Of a DNA stretch of 64,000 nucleotides, positions 37,018-46,394 are shown in pieces. The notes beneath the pieces were generated by a model. That model was not told the DNA's origin. It worked only from the letters and a program-made list of their open reading frames with translations, and searched no databases. Source of the DNA: a virus (lineage: Duplodnaviria > Caudoviricetes); the IMG/VR virus record IMGVR_UViG_2509276065_000002, positions 50,119 through 114,118 of that record; one strand, given 5' to 3'. The number at the start of each line of letters is the position of its first letter. Positions within the stretch are counted from its first letter, which is position 1. Position numbers and translations under genes: made by a program.

Positions 37018-37061
37018 GCCACCTCCCGAACTACTGTTCTGTGATGCGCCTTGCGAGTTCG

Positions 37062-37304
37062 TTATGATGACGTGGTGTCCACCAAGGTGGACACCGCAGT
37101 TCGCCGGGGACGCATCTCCACAACGATGTCATCACCGACGATGCGGCGGCGGTATTGCATGTCGGTGCGCTCAACGCCCGCTTCGATCTGCTCGGCCTGC
37201 TGCAGGCGGTAGTGGTTGAGTTCGAGGGCGGTGCGCGCAAGGGCGTGTTCCATGCAGGGCACGGTGGTGGTCTTGACGTGTTGCCACTTCTCTGATTTCG
37301 GCAT
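37062..37304 (-). CDS. hypothetical protein (80 aa)
   Basis: GGAG RBS; first gene of the late operon. Confidence 0.55.
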   Translation of the reverse strand: MPKSEKWQHVKTTTVPCMEHALARTALELNHYRLQQAEQIEAGVERTDMQYRRRIVGDDIVVEMRPRRTAVSTLVDTTSS

Positions 37305-37312
37305 AGCACTCC

Positions 37313-37338
37313 AAAGAAGAAGCGCCCGTGGGGGCGCT
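37313..37338 (-). terminator. terminator in the late-operon leader
   Basis: AGCGCCC-N4-GGGCGCT then TCTTCTTT. Confidence 0.65.
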
Positions 37339-37370
37339 GAAGTTTCGGTGCAGTTGTGGACTCTAGGAAA

Positions 37371-37401
37371 ATTCTGCCGACTTTTGCGTGAATGCTGTCA
37401 A
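37371..37401 (-). promoter_or_regulatory. candidate late promoter
   Basis: TTGACA-N19-CAGAAT; the spacer is long. Confidence 0.4.
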
Positions 37402-37715
37402 GCGGTGAACGTGCGGCGTGCGTTGCTCATCTCCGCGTCCTGTTCGCCAAGCTCATGCGTGAGGAACACGCCTTCCCCTTCGGTTCGCCAACTGCATCGC
37501 GTGCCATTGCTACCTCAACGGAACAGGTACACCGCGCAGTAAGTGGGGTCGAGACTGTTGGCCAGCCCTTGGTGGTCGTGGCTGAGCGAACATTCGGTCG
37601 CTGGCCCCGCAGGAGTCCGTTAGAGGGGCGCCACAGCTTCCACTTCAAGCTCTTGCGCTCCAATCAGGATGGCACGGTCGGGCACCGGATCCTCATAGGA
37701 CGCTAACATCCTTGC

Positions 37716-39356
37716 ATGGCTTCACCCGCCCGGCAGGCCCCTACCATCTTCAGCGATGAGCTCCACACGGTCGCGCGGGCCCTCAGTCCCATCCAGCCTC
37801 AGCGCGAAATATCAGAGATCATTTTGCGGCCAGCCATCAGCAGCCTCGGCGCCATCGCGGGCGCGGTACTGCTGATCAACGCGGCGCAGGACAAACTGGA
37901 ACTCATTGCCCGGCAAGGCTATGAACAGCAGCATAAGACCATCTGGCAGGACGGGCCGCTCGACCGGCACATCCCTGCCATTCACGCCATCCAAGGTCAG
38001 GAAGCCTTGTTCTTCGAAGACTCAGAGACGCTCAAAGCAGAGTACCCGCAGCTGGAACAGGAAACCGGCGCCTTCAGTCCTCTGGGGTGTGCGGTGCTGC
38101 CCATCGTGCTGGACGGACAGGCGCTGGGCGTGTTGGTGCTCGACTTCCGCGAGCCGCACCAATTCTCAGGGGCGGAGCAGCAGTTCCTGAAGACGCTGGC
38201 GGTGCAGTGTGCCGTGGCGCTGGACCGCAGCACGCAGCATGCCCGGAAGCTGCTCGAACACCAGCAGCTCGTCCGCATCCTGGAAAGCATCAGTGACGCG
38301 TTCTACGCAGTGGATCACGAGTGGCGCTTCACGTACGTCAACCAAGAAGCCGAGCGGCTGTGGAACCGACGCCGCGAGGACCTGCTCGGCAAAGTGTACT
38401 GGGAAGAATTTCCGCAAGCGGTCGGGAGTGAAGCGTACCTCGCGCACCTTGAAGCGGCACGGGAACGGCGGGTGGTGCGCGTCGAGACCCGCTCACCGAT
38501 CCTGCACGTCTGGGAGGAGGTGGTCATTCACCCCACTCCGGACGGCTTGTCCGTGTACTTCAAGGACATCTCTGAACGCAAAACACTCGAAGCCAATAAC
38601 CATGACCTCACCCGCGTGTTGGAACGGAAAGTCGCAGAGCGAACGCGGGACCTGCATGACCTGAACGCTGAACTGCGCGCCTACGCGATTGGTGTCGCGC
38701 GTGACTTGAGTGAACCGATGCGCCGCGTGGACGCCTTCATGGGGTTGCTGGAGCGACGTTTGAGCGCCTCGGTGGACGAGCGGGTCGGTACCTTGTTCGC
38801 TCAACTGCGGGAAGAAGCGAAGCACGTGCAGCGCCGGATGAATGAGCTTCGACTGCTGGCGGTACTGGAACGCCGGGAACTCATCGAAGAACCCGTCGCG
38901 CTTGATCAGCTGGTCGTGCAGGTGCGGAGTGATCTGGAGCCGCTGCTGAAAGGCAGGAAAGTGAAGTGGGTGCTGGGCACGCTGCCGTACGTGGTGGGGG
39001 ACCCGATGATGCTGCGGCAGGTGTTCGGTGAGCTGCTCGCGGTGTCGCTGGACGCCACGAAAGACACGTCTGGCGCAGTAATTGAGGTGGAGGGCGAGAT
39101 GCGTGAAGGCAAGGCCGTGGTGAGCGTGCGGCACAACGGCCTCTCCCTGAGTGAAGAGGAAGCGCAGCGGTACTTCGAGGTGTTCCACGTGCCCAGCTCG
39201 CTGTTAGGGGCGAGCGAACGGATTGGCTTGGCGAACACCCGGAGAATCGTGCAACGGCATGGCGGGCACGTCTGGGCGGAAGCAGCGCCGACTGGTGAGG
39301 CTGGAGCCCTCTTGTTCGTGGAGTTCCCGGACCGCCTGACTGAACGCAACAAATAG
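37716..39356 (+). CDS. GAF-PAS histidine-kinase-like protein with degenerate catalytic motifs
   Basis: GAF and PAS (ESISDAFYAVDHEWRFTYVN) domains; H-box reads VARDL; leaderless TAACAT-N6-ATG. Confidence 0.85.
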   Translation: MASPARQAPTIFSDELHTVARALSPIQPQREISEIILRPAISSLGAIAGAVLLINAAQDKLELIARQGYEQQHKTIWQDGPLDRHIPAIHAIQGQEALFFEDSETLKAEYPQLEQETGAFSPLGCAVLPIVLDGQALGVLVLDFREPHQFSGAEQQFLKTLAVQCAVALDRSTQHARKLLEHQQLVRILESISDAFYAVDHEWRFTYVNQEAERLWNRRREDLLGKVYWEEFPQAVGSEAYLAHLEAARERRVVRVETRSPILHVWEEVVIHPTPDGLSVYFKDISERKTLEANNHDLTRVLERKVAERTRDLHDLNAELRAYAIGVARDLSEPMRRVDAFMGLLERRLSASVDERVGTLFAQLREEAKHVQRRMNELRLLAVLERRELIEEPVALDQLVVQVRSDLEPLLKGRKVKWVLGTLPYVVGDPMMLRQVFGELLAVSLDATKDTSGAVIEVEGEMREGKAVVSVRHNGLSLSEEEAQRYFEVFHVPSSLLGASERIGLANTRRIVQRHGGHVWAEAAPTGEAGALLFVEFPDRLTERNK

Positions 39357-39429
39357 GCGTTCGTATTGATCGGCGGGTGGCAGTGCAGAACCTGCCATTT
39401 GCTCGGTCGCTCTTATACTGGCAGCAACC

Positions 39430-39873
39430 ATGATAGACCCGACTGACGCCAAGCTCTACGATGTCCTGCTGGTTGACGACAGCATCTCAGACGCCGAGTT
39501 GCTGCAAGAACTGATGGCACGCATCCTCCCGGACGTCCGTTTACGGGTCGAGCACGACAGCTTGCAGGTGCTCCAGGACCTTCAGCGAGAAGCGCGGCTT
39601 TCGGATGGTTTCAGGCCGGATTTGCTGCTGATGGATTTACATATGCCGCGTAAGAGTGGCTTTGAGGTGCTGAGGAAACTCCGGAGTGACGCTGCATTCA
39701 AGTCGATTCCGATGCTGGTGCTGTCGGATTCCGCTCGACCTGAGGAGATCGGGTTGGCTTATGATTTGGGGGCGAACGCGTACCTGATGAAGCCGACTGA
39801 TATCCAGGGGTACGTGGAGTTGCTGCAGTCGGTCGATCAGAATTGGTTTCGGTTTTCCAAGCTTTCAAGGTAG
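39430..39873 (+). CDS. single-domain response regulator (Rcp1-like)
   Basis: LLVDD, DLHMP and YLMKP receiver motifs. Confidence 0.92.
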   Translation: MIDPTDAKLYDVLLVDDSISDAELLQELMARILPDVRLRVEHDSLQVLQDLQREARLSDGFRPDLLLMDLHMPRKSGFEVLRKLRSDAAFKSIPMLVLSDSARPEEIGLAYDLGANAYLMKPTDIQGYVELLQSVDQNWFRFSKLSR

Positions 39874-39917
39874 GGTGCTCGTGCCGCCAGGCAATCCGAT
39901 ATGATGTGGATGACCAC

Positions 39918-42632
39918 GTGACACGCCCTCCGAACCCACTGCCCGAACCTGAGCACCTGTTCCCTGGTCACACTGAGATGGCTGTGCTGATGCGCGCGTT
40001 CGACTGGGCGCAGACGCCACTCGGTCCCGTGGAGCACTGGCCGCAGAGCCTGCGAACCATCGTCAGCGTGGTGCTCGCCAGCCCTTCACCGCTGATCGTG
40101 CTGTGGGGCAAGGAACTCGTGCAGCTCTACAACGACGGCTACCGCGACGTGATGGGCGTTCGGCATCCGGCGGGTCTGGAGCAGGGCAACCGGGAGTGCT
40201 GGCCGGAAGTCTGGACGTTCAACGAACCCATCTATCAAAGGGTGCGAGAGCACGGTGAGACCTTCCAGTTCACCGACCAGCGCCTGGTGCTGACCCGGCA
40301 CGGCGAGGAAGAAGAAGCGTACTTCACCCTGAGTTACAGCCCTGTCCGTGACGAGCGTGGCGAGGTGGGCGGTGTGCTCGTCACGGTGCAAGAAACCACC
40401 CAGCGCGTCATGCATGAGCGGCAGCTTCAAGCGCAGAGCACGGAGTTGCAAGCCCTCGCGATCATTGAGGAGTTCACTCGGAACTTCACGGTGGACACCG
40501 ATCCGTACCATCTGATCCGGCGGGTGCAGGAATTGCTGTGCGCATACCTGCCCAGGGGCGTCACGGTCTACTACGAACTGGACGGAGACGTATGGCGTGT
40601 CAAGCGTCAGTTGGGTGACTACGGGGACGAAGCGTTGCAACGGCAGCATGAGGCGGGCCTGCCTTACGCTGCCGCCACGCATGTCGTGTCGCCCTACGAG
40701 TCGGGTGAGCCGTACTACCAGGATCTGTACGACACTGGCACCTGCAGCGCGCCTGAGACCACGGCCCATGTCGGTGCCATCGCCATGCTGCCCCTCAGGA
40801 CGAGTGAACGGGTGCGGGGCGTGCTGGGCTTCGCCCGCTTCGGGCCAGGTGGCTGGACAGAGCTGAGCCGCCGCGTCATGGAAGCGGTGGTGCGCAGCCT
40901 CGGCGTCGCCATCGAGCGCGCCGAGCAAGCTACTCTGCTCGCCAGTCAACGCGCCCAGCTGGCCTCCAGCAATGAGGAGCTCCAGGAAGCGAGGCTCCGC
41001 GCGGAAGTCCTGGCGGCCCTGGGGGAAGCGCTGCAGAATGCGCGGGATGCGGAGCAGGTTGCGCAACGCGCCCTCTCGCAGCTCGGACCTGTGCTGCACG
41101 CCCACAGCATGCTGGTGGTGCGACTCAGCGGCGACCGCTTGCACGTCATGCAAGTCTGGGGCGAAGCGCCGCAGGAACTCCTCGATTTCCTGCGGCGTGA
41201 AGAACGCAGGCTGCGCGACGCGCCATTGATGCTGCGCGCCTCACAGCAACAAGACGGCCTCTACGTCGACGATTACCGAGCCGCTCGCGGAAGTGAGATG
41301 CCGTCACCAGCCCTGGCTTGCGGCATTGAACCCATCAGAACGCCAGAGGGGCAATTGGCAGGCTTCCTGGTCATCTGGCGCGACGCCGCAGCACGACCAT
41401 GGCAGCACGGCGAGCGTGACTTACTGGCGCGTGCGGCGGGCACCCTCGGTCTCGCTCTGGAACGCGCCGACCGTCAGCGCGACGCACAGGAACGCGCGCA
41501 GCTCGCGCTGCTCGCCAGCCAGAGCCGCCTGCGCTTCGCCCTTGACGCGGCCGGTCTGGGCGACTGGGAACTGGACGTGCGCGATCAGAGCGCCACGCGG
41601 TCCTTGCGGCACGACGAAATTTTCGGCTATCCGCAAGGGCATCCGGCCTGGACGTACGACGTGTTCATCGCGCACGTTCTTCCCGAAGACCGGGAGGACG
41701 TGACCCGCAAGTATGGCGTGGCGCTGGAGCGAGGTGAGGCCTGGGACTTCGAGTGCCGCATCCGCCGTGCAGACGGGGAAGTGCGCTGGATCTGGGCCCG
41801 TGGCGAAGTACTCCGGAGCGAGGATGGCACGCCCACGCACATCCTGGGTCTGGTGCAGGACATCACGGAAGGCAAACTCGCCGAAGCGGCGATCCAGGAA
41901 CTCAACACGCAGCTCGAAGCGCGCGTTCGGGAACGTACCCGTTCACTGGAAGCGGCCAACGAGGAACTTGAAGCGTTTTCGTACAGCGTGTCCCACGATT
42001 TGCGTACGCCGGTGCGGCACATCACTGGCTTTACCAGCATCCTGCGCAAGTCTCTGGGCGACAAACTTGATGAGAAGTCCGCTCGTGCATTGACGGTGGT
42101 GGAAGTCGCTGCTGAACGAATGAACACTTTGATTGACGCGATGCTCGACCTGTCGCGCACGTCAAGGCAACCGGTACGTGTGAAGCTGGTGGATTTGGGT
42201 GCGCTGGTCTCGGCGGTGCGGACTGAATTGGAGTCTGACGTGCTGGAGCGGCGTGTTCGTTGGCAGGTCAGCGAGTTGCCGCTGGTCCCAGGAGATCACG
42301 AGCTGCTGCGGCAAGCGATGTTGAACCTGCTGTCGAACGCCCTCAAGTACACCAGCAAGCAGGACGAGGCCGTGATCGAGGTGTGGGTGGAGGACCGTGC
42401 CGACGAGTGGGCCGTATTTGTGCGGGACAACGGCGCTGGGTTCGACCCGAGATATCAGGACAAGCTGTTCGGCGTGTTTCAGCGCTTGCATCGCCACGAG
42501 GAGTTCGAGGGCGTCGGGGTGGGGTTGGCGAATGTGCGGCGCATCGTGCAGCGGCATGGTGGGCGGGTGTGGGCGGAAGGCAAACCGGGTGAGGGCGCGA
42601 CGTTCGGCTTCAGCTTACCGAAGCCCCGGTAA
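39918..42632 (+). CDS. multi-sensor PAS/GAF histidine kinase
   Basis: FDWAQTPLGPVEHWPQSL N-terminus; PAS and GAF domains; SVSHDLRTP, NLLSNALKY, DNGAGF and GVGVGLA motifs; start uncertain. Confidence 0.93.
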   Translation: MTRPPNPLPEPEHLFPGHTEMAVLMRAFDWAQTPLGPVEHWPQSLRTIVSVVLASPSPLIVLWGKELVQLYNDGYRDVMGVRHPAGLEQGNRECWPEVWTFNEPIYQRVREHGETFQFTDQRLVLTRHGEEEEAYFTLSYSPVRDERGEVGGVLVTVQETTQRVMHERQLQAQSTELQALAIIEEFTRNFTVDTDPYHLIRRVQELLCAYLPRGVTVYYELDGDVWRVKRQLGDYGDEALQRQHEAGLPYAAATHVVSPYESGEPYYQDLYDTGTCSAPETTAHVGAIAMLPLRTSERVRGVLGFARFGPGGWTELSRRVMEAVVRSLGVAIERAEQATLLASQRAQLASSNEELQEARLRAEVLAALGEALQNARDAEQVAQRALSQLGPVLHAHSMLVVRLSGDRLHVMQVWGEAPQELLDFLRREERRLRDAPLMLRASQQQDGLYVDDYRAARGSEMPSPALACGIEPIRTPEGQLAGFLVIWRDAAARPWQHGERDLLARAAGTLGLALERADRQRDAQERAQLALLASQSRLRFALDAAGLGDWELDVRDQSATRSLRHDEIFGYPQGHPAWTYDVFIAHVLPEDREDVTRKYGVALERGEAWDFECRIRRADGEVRWIWARGEVLRSEDGTPTHILGLVQDITEGKLAEAAIQELNTQLEARVRERTRSLEAANEELEAFSYSVSHDLRTPVRHITGFTSILRKSLGDKLDEKSARALTVVEVAAERMNTLIDAMLDLSRTSRQPVRVKLVDLGALVSAVRTELESDVLERRVRWQVSELPLVPGDHELLRQAMLNLLSNALKYTSKQDEAVIEVWVEDRADEWAVFVRDNGAGFDPRYQDKLFGVFQRLHRHEEFEGVGVGLANVRRIVQRHGGRVWAEGKPGEGATFGFSLPKPR

Positions 42633-42704
42633 GTGCCCTGCACAGCTGGCCTGTCGTGGGGACTTCGCAAGTCGCACGAGACTGGCGGCATGACTCCTTT
42701 TCGT

Positions 42705-42959
42705 TTAGCTGGGCAGTGAGGGTCGGGAGGCCTGGGCTTGCCAGTACCGCTGGCGCAATTCGCTTTTGAAGTCCTGCAGGTCGTACAGGATGCTGTGCAG
42801 CGCAACGCCGGTATGCGCGAGCGGAACGATGGGAGCGTCCCGGATGACCTGCCTCACTCGATCAAGGTGGCTTTGCAGGCGCTCGGCTTCACCCCATTTC
42901 ACGGCCAGGGGCAGCAGTTCGTCATACAGGCTGTAAATTTCCGCCAGAACCTCATCCAT
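42705..42959 (-). CDS. hypothetical helical protein (84 aa)
   Basis: Protein-like ORF in an intergenic gap of the signalling island. Confidence 0.6.
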   Translation of the reverse strand: MDEVLAEIYSLYDELLPLAVKWGEAERLQSHLDRVRQVIRDAPIVPLAHTGVALHSILYDLQDFKSELRQRYWQAQASRPSLPS

Positions 42960-43241
42960 CTCTCGATCAAGGTAAACGGCAGATGGAACGCGTGATAGGC
43001 CGAGCGGCCCACACCCCCTGAAGTCTTTTTACAGCTAATTCCGATGTTTTCAGTAGGGATGGGCAGCGACCGGCAGAGCGACGAAACACCATGATTTTGG
43101 CTGGTATGCAGGCTCTGTTCTGCAGCCTTCTGATACGCTCTGCGTTCAGCTCAAATCCAGTTTCCACATGCTCTTCATATACTCAGGGAGGATTGCAAAG
43201 TTACCCTTCATGTGGAGCCGCCCCGCGAACAGGAGTTCCTG

Positions 43242-43664
43242 ATGCCCCCCATCCTGCTGGTCGAAGACAACCCCCTCGACGTGGAACTCGCCATGATCGC
43301 CTTCGAGGAATGCGGCCTGCAACGCCAGGTCATTCACAAGAGCGACGGACACGAAGCGCTGGAGTACCTCACCCACCAGCCAGGGCCCTTACCCCGTCTG
43401 GTGCTGCTGGACCTCAACATGCCCCGCGTCAACGGCTTTGAGGTCCTGCAGGCCATGAAGCAGCACGCCACCTACCAACATGTCCCGGTGGTCGTGTTCA
43501 CCACCTCGGAAACCGACACAGACCGCGAGCGTTGTTACGAGTTGGGCGCAGATGATTTCCTGCATAAGCCCAACAACTTAGGTGACCTGCGCGAAATCTT
43601 TGAAGCGCTGCAGGAGAAGTGGTTGAGCCCGCCTGCTGGCGCTTCAACCCACCTCGCGTCCTGA
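43242..43664 (+). CDS. single-domain response regulator (Rcp1-like)
   Basis: ILLVEDN, LLDLNMP, VFTTS and FLHKP motifs; AGGAG RBS. Confidence 0.92.
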   Translation: MPPILLVEDNPLDVELAMIAFEECGLQRQVIHKSDGHEALEYLTHQPGPLPRLVLLDLNMPRVNGFEVLQAMKQHATYQHVPVVVFTTSETDTDRERCYELGADDFLHKPNNLGDLREIFEALQEKWLSPPAGASTHLAS

Positions 43665-43671
43665 TCTCAGC

Positions 43672-43875
43672 CTGGTCGAACGTCTGCGTAGTAGGGAGCA
43701 AGGGGGGAAAGCGGAGTTGGCCCGCAAGCTCGACGTGTCGTCTGCCCAGCTCAGCCAGCTGATCAGCGGCACCAAGGGCATCACTCCGAAGCGTGCTGAG
43801 GAAATCGCGCAGGCACTTGGTTACACCCTGAACCTGCAACTGATACAAACCGAAACGGGCGAAGTCGAAGAGTAG
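43672..43875 (+). pseudogene. 5'-truncated XRE-family HTH regulator
   Basis: Read by eye: ...GKAELARKLDVSSAQLSQLISGTKGITPKRAEEIAQALGYTLNLQL...; no ATG/GTG in frame before an upstream stop. Confidence 0.65.
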
Positions 43876-43920
43876 CCTTCCTGCAGCAGCGAAGAGGCTC
43901 GGCATAGACTGGGCCTCTCG

Positions 43921-44733
43921 CTATTCCTCGGCGGCGTTCGGGTCATCCCAGTACGGCGTCAGGCTGCGCCGCAATGCTTCGAGGGCGTAGTGCAACTTCG
44001 GATAGTCACGCGCAACGTGCGAGCGCATGACCAAGCTCCCCCGATCTTCGCGCCAGATTAACTGCCGGTCGTCACCAAGCGGCCTGCCCGTCCACGTGCG
44101 GCCGTTGTGCAAGCGAGCCCAGCGTGCCAGGTCGTGCCAGGCTTCGTCTCCCGCGCGGTAGCCGGTGAAATCCTCGATGGTGTCGGCGTTGACGACCCGC
44201 AGGGCGTCACGGTCAGGCGCTGTGAGGGTGCGTTTCAAGTCCAGCTCGAAGTACAGCTTCACGTCGTCGATCTCAATGAAGTGGGTGGTTCCTGCCAGGT
44301 GATTTTCACCCACCATCCGGGCGTTGTTGTAGGCGGTTCGTGCCCGACGGTGCAGGTGGTCAGCGGACCGCACGTGCTGGGCGACGTTGCTCAGGTCGTC
44401 GAGGTCGAGCTGTTCCGGGTGGCGGATCAGGCGCTCCGCGTAACGCAGCAGGTCATTCAAGGCGGCCTGTCGTTCCTGGTATGTGCTGATCAGCTGCTCG
44501 CTGAGTGGACTCGGCGCTTGCTGTTTGGGTTCAACGTTCATCGGAACGAGATGCCGGTCAGGGATGACATGGCCCAGGGCGATGGCGCGCGCGATGAGGT
44601 TCTGTTCCTCACGTGCGTCACGGCTGTACGAGTACGCCTTGGCGCGGCTGGCTCCTGACACCCGGGCGCGTTCCGCGAAGCGGATCAGATGCCAGCGCGC
44701 CGGGCTGTACGGGGGTGGCGGCAGGTCGCTCAT
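43921..44733 (-). CDS. hypothetical protein, last gene of the early/middle operon
   Basis: Coupled TGATG start at MSDLPPPP. Confidence 0.6.
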   Translation of the reverse strand: MSDLPPPPYSPARWHLIRFAERARVSGASRAKAYSYSRDAREEQNLIARAIALGHVIPDRHLVPMNVEPKQQAPSPLSEQLISTYQERQAALNDLLRYAERLIRHPEQLDLDDLSNVAQHVRSADHLHRRARTAYNNARMVGENHLAGTTHFIEIDDVKLYFELDLKRTLTAPDRDALRVVNADTIEDFTGYRAGDEAWHDLARWARLHNGRTWTGRPLGDDRQLIWREDRGSLVMRSHVARDYPKLHYALEALRRSLTPYWDDPNAAEE

Positions 44734-44945
44734 CACCGACCCAGTTCCTCGAGCAGGGCTTCGGTGTCGCCATGGTCGGTGTTGACCTCGTCGAGCAGTC
44801 GCTGGTTCTTGGCGCGCCGACGACGGGCCGCTTCGAATACGCCTTGCATGATGAATTGGCCCTGACGGGCTTGTGCACTCTGTCGGGCTGTGCGTACCGG
44901 TGGGCGCGGTGGGTAGAGTTCGGCGAGCAAGGTTGTAAAGGTCAT
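44733..44945 (-). CDS. hypothetical protein (70 aa)
   Basis: GGAGG RBS; ATGA coupling. Confidence 0.55.
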   Translation of the reverse strand: MTFTTLLAELYPPRPPVRTARQSAQARQGQFIMQGVFEAARRRRAKNQRLLDEVNTDHGDTEALLEELGR

Positions 44946-45220
44946 GCTGGCAGGCCTCCTTCCGGGGTGTACGCGTGGCCGTTCGCGTGACCACGCAGTT
45001 GCGCGAATTCCGCGTCGGTCATGACGTCGAAGTCGCCGTTCGGGAAGTGCACCAGCCATGAACCGGCGTACACGTGTCGTTTGCCTCGGCGGGTGTGAAC
45101 GAAGCCGAAGGACAGGTCGCGCGGTCGGGCCTTCAAGAACGACCAGGGTTCCACGCAAGCCGGCCACGGGTGGGTGTTCGGATCGAAGCGTTGCGCGTCC
45201 CAACTCCATTCGAGCGTCAT
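44942..45220 (-). CDS. hypothetical protein (92 aa)
   Basis: ATGA coupling. Confidence 0.6.
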   Translation of the reverse strand: MTLEWSWDAQRFDPNTHPWPACVEPWSFLKARPRDLSFGFVHTRRGKRHVYAGSWLVHFPNGDFDVMTDAEFAQLRGHANGHAYTPEGGLPA

Positions 45221-45504
45221 GACCGACCGTCATTTCTGTCGTGCGAGTGCTGCTGGGCGGCTTCGCGTTCCTCGGCGCGGGTGAGCAATTCGAGTTCCTC
45301 GGCTTCGCGCGCTTCGCGTTCGGTGGTGGTTTCGTAGGGCTGCTCGTCGGTCGAGCGGCTGGACCCGTCGCCCTGCGGGATGACGAGCAGTAACAACAGG
45401 GCGACGAACGCGACGTACACCGGGATGCGTTCGCCGGTCAGGGTGAACGCGATGAAGTTGAGCACCGCGGCGAGAATGATCAGGCTGTGGGCGGCGCGTT
45501 TCAT
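45217..45504 (-). CDS. small membrane protein
   Basis: Two hydrophobic helices and an acidic tail. Confidence 0.6.
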   Translation of the reverse strand: MKRAAHSLIILAAVLNFIAFTLTGERIPVYVAFVALLLLLVIPQGDGSSRSTDEQPYETTTEREAREAEELELLTRAEEREAAQQHSHDRNDGRS

Positions 45505-45992
45505 AACTCCAGTTCTCCTTGCGCGTCGTGGATGGTGACGTGCACTTCCACGCGTGGTTGACGGCCGTCGTACTCGGGCCAGTGGTGGTAACCGAACACC
45601 CACTGGTCGTCTTTGCCTTGGCGTCTGCCGAACAGCGCGTCCACGATCCCTTTACGAATGTTCTCGGGGTCCGAGTGGTTAGCCGAGGGGAAGTAACAGA
45701 AGACGTCCACCTGCACGCGTGAACTTTTATCGCGTGGATTGAGGCGCTTGATCCTCAGAGGCGCGAAGAGGCGCACGTGGTCCTTCCAGGCGTCGTATTC
45801 CTTTGAGCGCACCCAGTTGGGCACCTTGCCCTTCGAGTAATAGCCGACCAGTTTGAGCACCTGCGGCAAGTCACGCCGTTCACGCACCTTGCCGGTGAGT
45901 TTGTCCTTCGTACGCCGCCAGCACGGCAAGGCCGGTATGGTGAACGTCAAGGTTTCTCCGGCCGCGCTGACGCGTCGTTCCGCGCTGGTCAC
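45501..45992 (-). CDS. RusA-like Holliday junction resolvase
   Basis: SDPENIRKGIVDAL...DDQWV...PRVEV. Confidence 0.75.
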   Translation of the reverse strand: MTSAERRVSAAGETLTFTIPALPCWRRTKDKLTGKVRERRDLPQVLKLVGYYSKGKVPNWVRSKEYDAWKDHVRLFAPLRIKRLNPRDKSSRVQVDVFCYFPSANHSDPENIRKGIVDALFGRRQGKDDQWVFGYHHWPEYDGRQPRVEVHVTIHDAQGELEL

Positions 45993-46097
45993 GCGGCCCT
46001 CCGCTGGGTTCTCCAGAGGCGAGTGCGAGGTGCGCTTTGGTACCGGCGGCGTTGCACACGGTGCGCTTGCAGGTGCTGGCGGTTCGCCTGCCGGGCT

Positions 46098-46394
46098 TCA
46101 AGCATGGCTCGCCTCGCGGCGGCTGGCTTTGCGTTCGCGTTTCCTGGCTTCGAAGACCAGGTCCGCTTCCGCTTCACCCTCCAGGGTGGCGAGGTAAAAG
46201 CGGAACCGCTGGTGTTCCTCAACCTGCAGCAGACCACGCGCCGTGAGGGACTCCGCGGCGAGCCGGACGGCTCCGTCGCTGACCACCCGGTGCTGGCGTT
46301 CGAGGATACGCCACGCGAGGGTCGTGACGCTGGCGGCGTCGCCGTTGGCGATCAGCAGCAGCTCAGCTTGAACGGAGTGTGGAGCGACGATCAT
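46098..46394 (-). CDS. small winged-helix-like protein
   Basis: LTARGLLQVEE...FYLAT segment; ATGA coupling. Confidence 0.5.
   Translation of the reverse strand: MIVAPHSVQAELLLIANGDAASVTTLAWRILERQHRVVSDGAVRLAAESLTARGLLQVEEHQRFRFYLATLEGEAEADLVFEARKRERKASRREASHA

Noticed and set aside
37427-37663. 78-aa minus-strand ORF at the left edge of the signalling island
   Set aside because: No RBS or motif; may be junction debris
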